A DNA stretch of 63,343 nucleotides, filler included, from Hausera hauseri (taxonomy: Eukaryota), in assembly GCA_046269625.1 (NCBI GenBank). It is 12 parts of 12 records of this genome, joined end to end, with 100 filler letters (N's around TTAATTAATTAA, not from the genome) between each part and the next. Parts side by side here need not be neighbours in the genome. Positions count along the whole stretch, not along the records: positions 59,241 to 63,343 come from JBJURY010760318.1; 11 more parts are not named here. The stretch is one strand, 5' to 3'. This document shows, in pieces, positions 61,942-63,343 of the stretch. The position numbers and the translations under genes are program-made. The notes beneath the pieces are model-generated. The model saw nothing but the letters and a program-made list of their open reading frames with translations, was not told the DNA's origin and ran no database searches. Each line of letters starts with the position of its first letter. Positions within the stretch are counted from its first letter, which is position 1.

Positions 61942-63343
61942 ATGATATCCAGTTTGTTCATTAGTCCTACTGCACAGCTGCATTATTAAATGTGGTTGCG
62001 TGTGTTTTGTATGCGTGTATTATCTACATATATAGATTATTTTTATTTAATAATAAATCGTCCTTGTTTTTATTATTTATTTTTATTATAATGTTTTAAA
62101 TACACTTTATAATAATAAGTGATTAAGGTTTCATAAATATTTAAGTGAAGTTAACGTTTAGGCAAACTTCAAAATAAGTGTCGTTTTTGATATAATTTGT
62201 TTTCTATGAATAGTAACATTTCATATTTTAGTTGCTATAGATTCGACAATGAATCGATTTCAATATTTATCGGGCACGTCACGAAAATGGTAATAAAATT
62301 CCCGGACTGCATAAGGATGACCACTGCACAACTCAATGACGGATTCGTAGGTTGAGATGTACATTGACACACATCAATAATAATTACTCTGGCTTTGGTT
62401 ACAAATGATCACCAATCGTCGGTTATGCCGAATGAATAGCAAAGGTCCGTTAACGCCCACACTTTGCCACAACATTTCTTTAAAACTGAAATTATCCATT
62501 ACCATTGTCTCGTGCTTTATTAACTTTCTTTCATTTCCTTTGCTTCTTCTTAAAATTCAATTCAAACTCAAAAAAAAAATCAACTCGGTATCTGAATAAA
62601 ACTTTTATTTTGTAACTACATTACACGTTTTAAAACAAATAAAAAAGAGAAAAATTATTTTTTATCAGACAATAATAGACTGATAACTGGTGGGTCGCTG
62701 ATTCCGTTAAGGCTGAAATTGTAAAATATACAAATTTTGCATAGTCACTAATGTCATTGTTAAACATTAATTAAGTTTGTACAACAACAACGATCTGCAT
62801 TTCCAATGGAAAAAGACAGCATCAATATCATTAATTGATCAGCTGAAATGAGGAAAATTTTCACCAAACGTGAGCCTACGGCATTTACAGGCAAACCTGA
62901 GAGGGTAAATGCCAACGCAAAGTGAAACGCGACCATGAACGCCTGAGGCGAATTGTCATCAGGATCTAGTGATTAAAACGCAATTCTCCATTAAATCCTT
63001 CTTCGGTTTCCTCTGTGCTGCCTTCCGCTGATACAACAAAATATATATATCAACCAGCGAAGGGAAACTTCACATCAGGATGAGGAAAAGACCTGAAGGT
63101 TAAAGATGTCAAGTTTCCATTTGGTGAGGAAAAAGGAGACTCCTGCATTCCCAGACAATGGTTCACATTCCATAGCACCTCTCTGTGCCATGTGAATCAT
63201 ATGTGCTGAGACAGGCGGACTGAGGTTTATCTTCTCACACACACACACAGCCAAGAAAGTCTCAATGGAATACCGCCGAGGCTTTATACGCTGGACAAAA
63301 CTAGCTGGGGTTAAATCAAACACTCAATCAGTGGCCTAGAAGA

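Noticed and set aside
62800-63343. Possible coding or mobile sequence at the window end
   Set aside because: No reading frame gave a recognisable protein.

Overview
This is eukaryotic, AT-rich invertebrate DNA with very short introns (about 44-48 nt); the species cannot be named from the sequence. The window is not one locus. It is 12 unrelated contigs (about 4-8 kb) joined by 11 identical 100-bp artificial linkers (44 N + TTAATTAATTAA + 44 N), so adjacency across linkers means nothing. Most of it is decayed mobile DNA: (i) four copies of a CsRn1-like Ty3/Gypsy family ('family B', minus strand); (ii) two copies of a Gypsy family with a very long insert between the Gag zinc knuckle and the protease ('family A'); (iii) a Gypsy integrase followed by a long extra ORF; (iv) one BEL/Pao element; (v) Polinton/adintovirus remnants (protein-primed PolB, tandem penton-like genes, and a linked unknown Cys/His repeat protein); (vi) a near-intact CR1/L2-like LINE, plus RTE, LINE and mariner fragments. 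Host-derived sequence consists of intronless fragments of Sec31, a FAM120/asteroid-like gene and an axonemal dynein heavy chain (DNAH5/8 type), and one spliced Ig-superfamily membrane-protein gene. The most striking signal is that three different LTR-retrotransposon families each appear to carry a ubiquitin-like domain in the Gag region. In Gypsy family B it ends in RIRGG directly before the Met of the capsid region (two diverged copies). In the BEL/Pao element it ends in LRRG, one transition from LRGG, upstream of the capsid region. This suggests a ubiquitin-fusion, host-DUB-processed Gag strategy. All family assignments come from motif recognition by eye; no searches were run.
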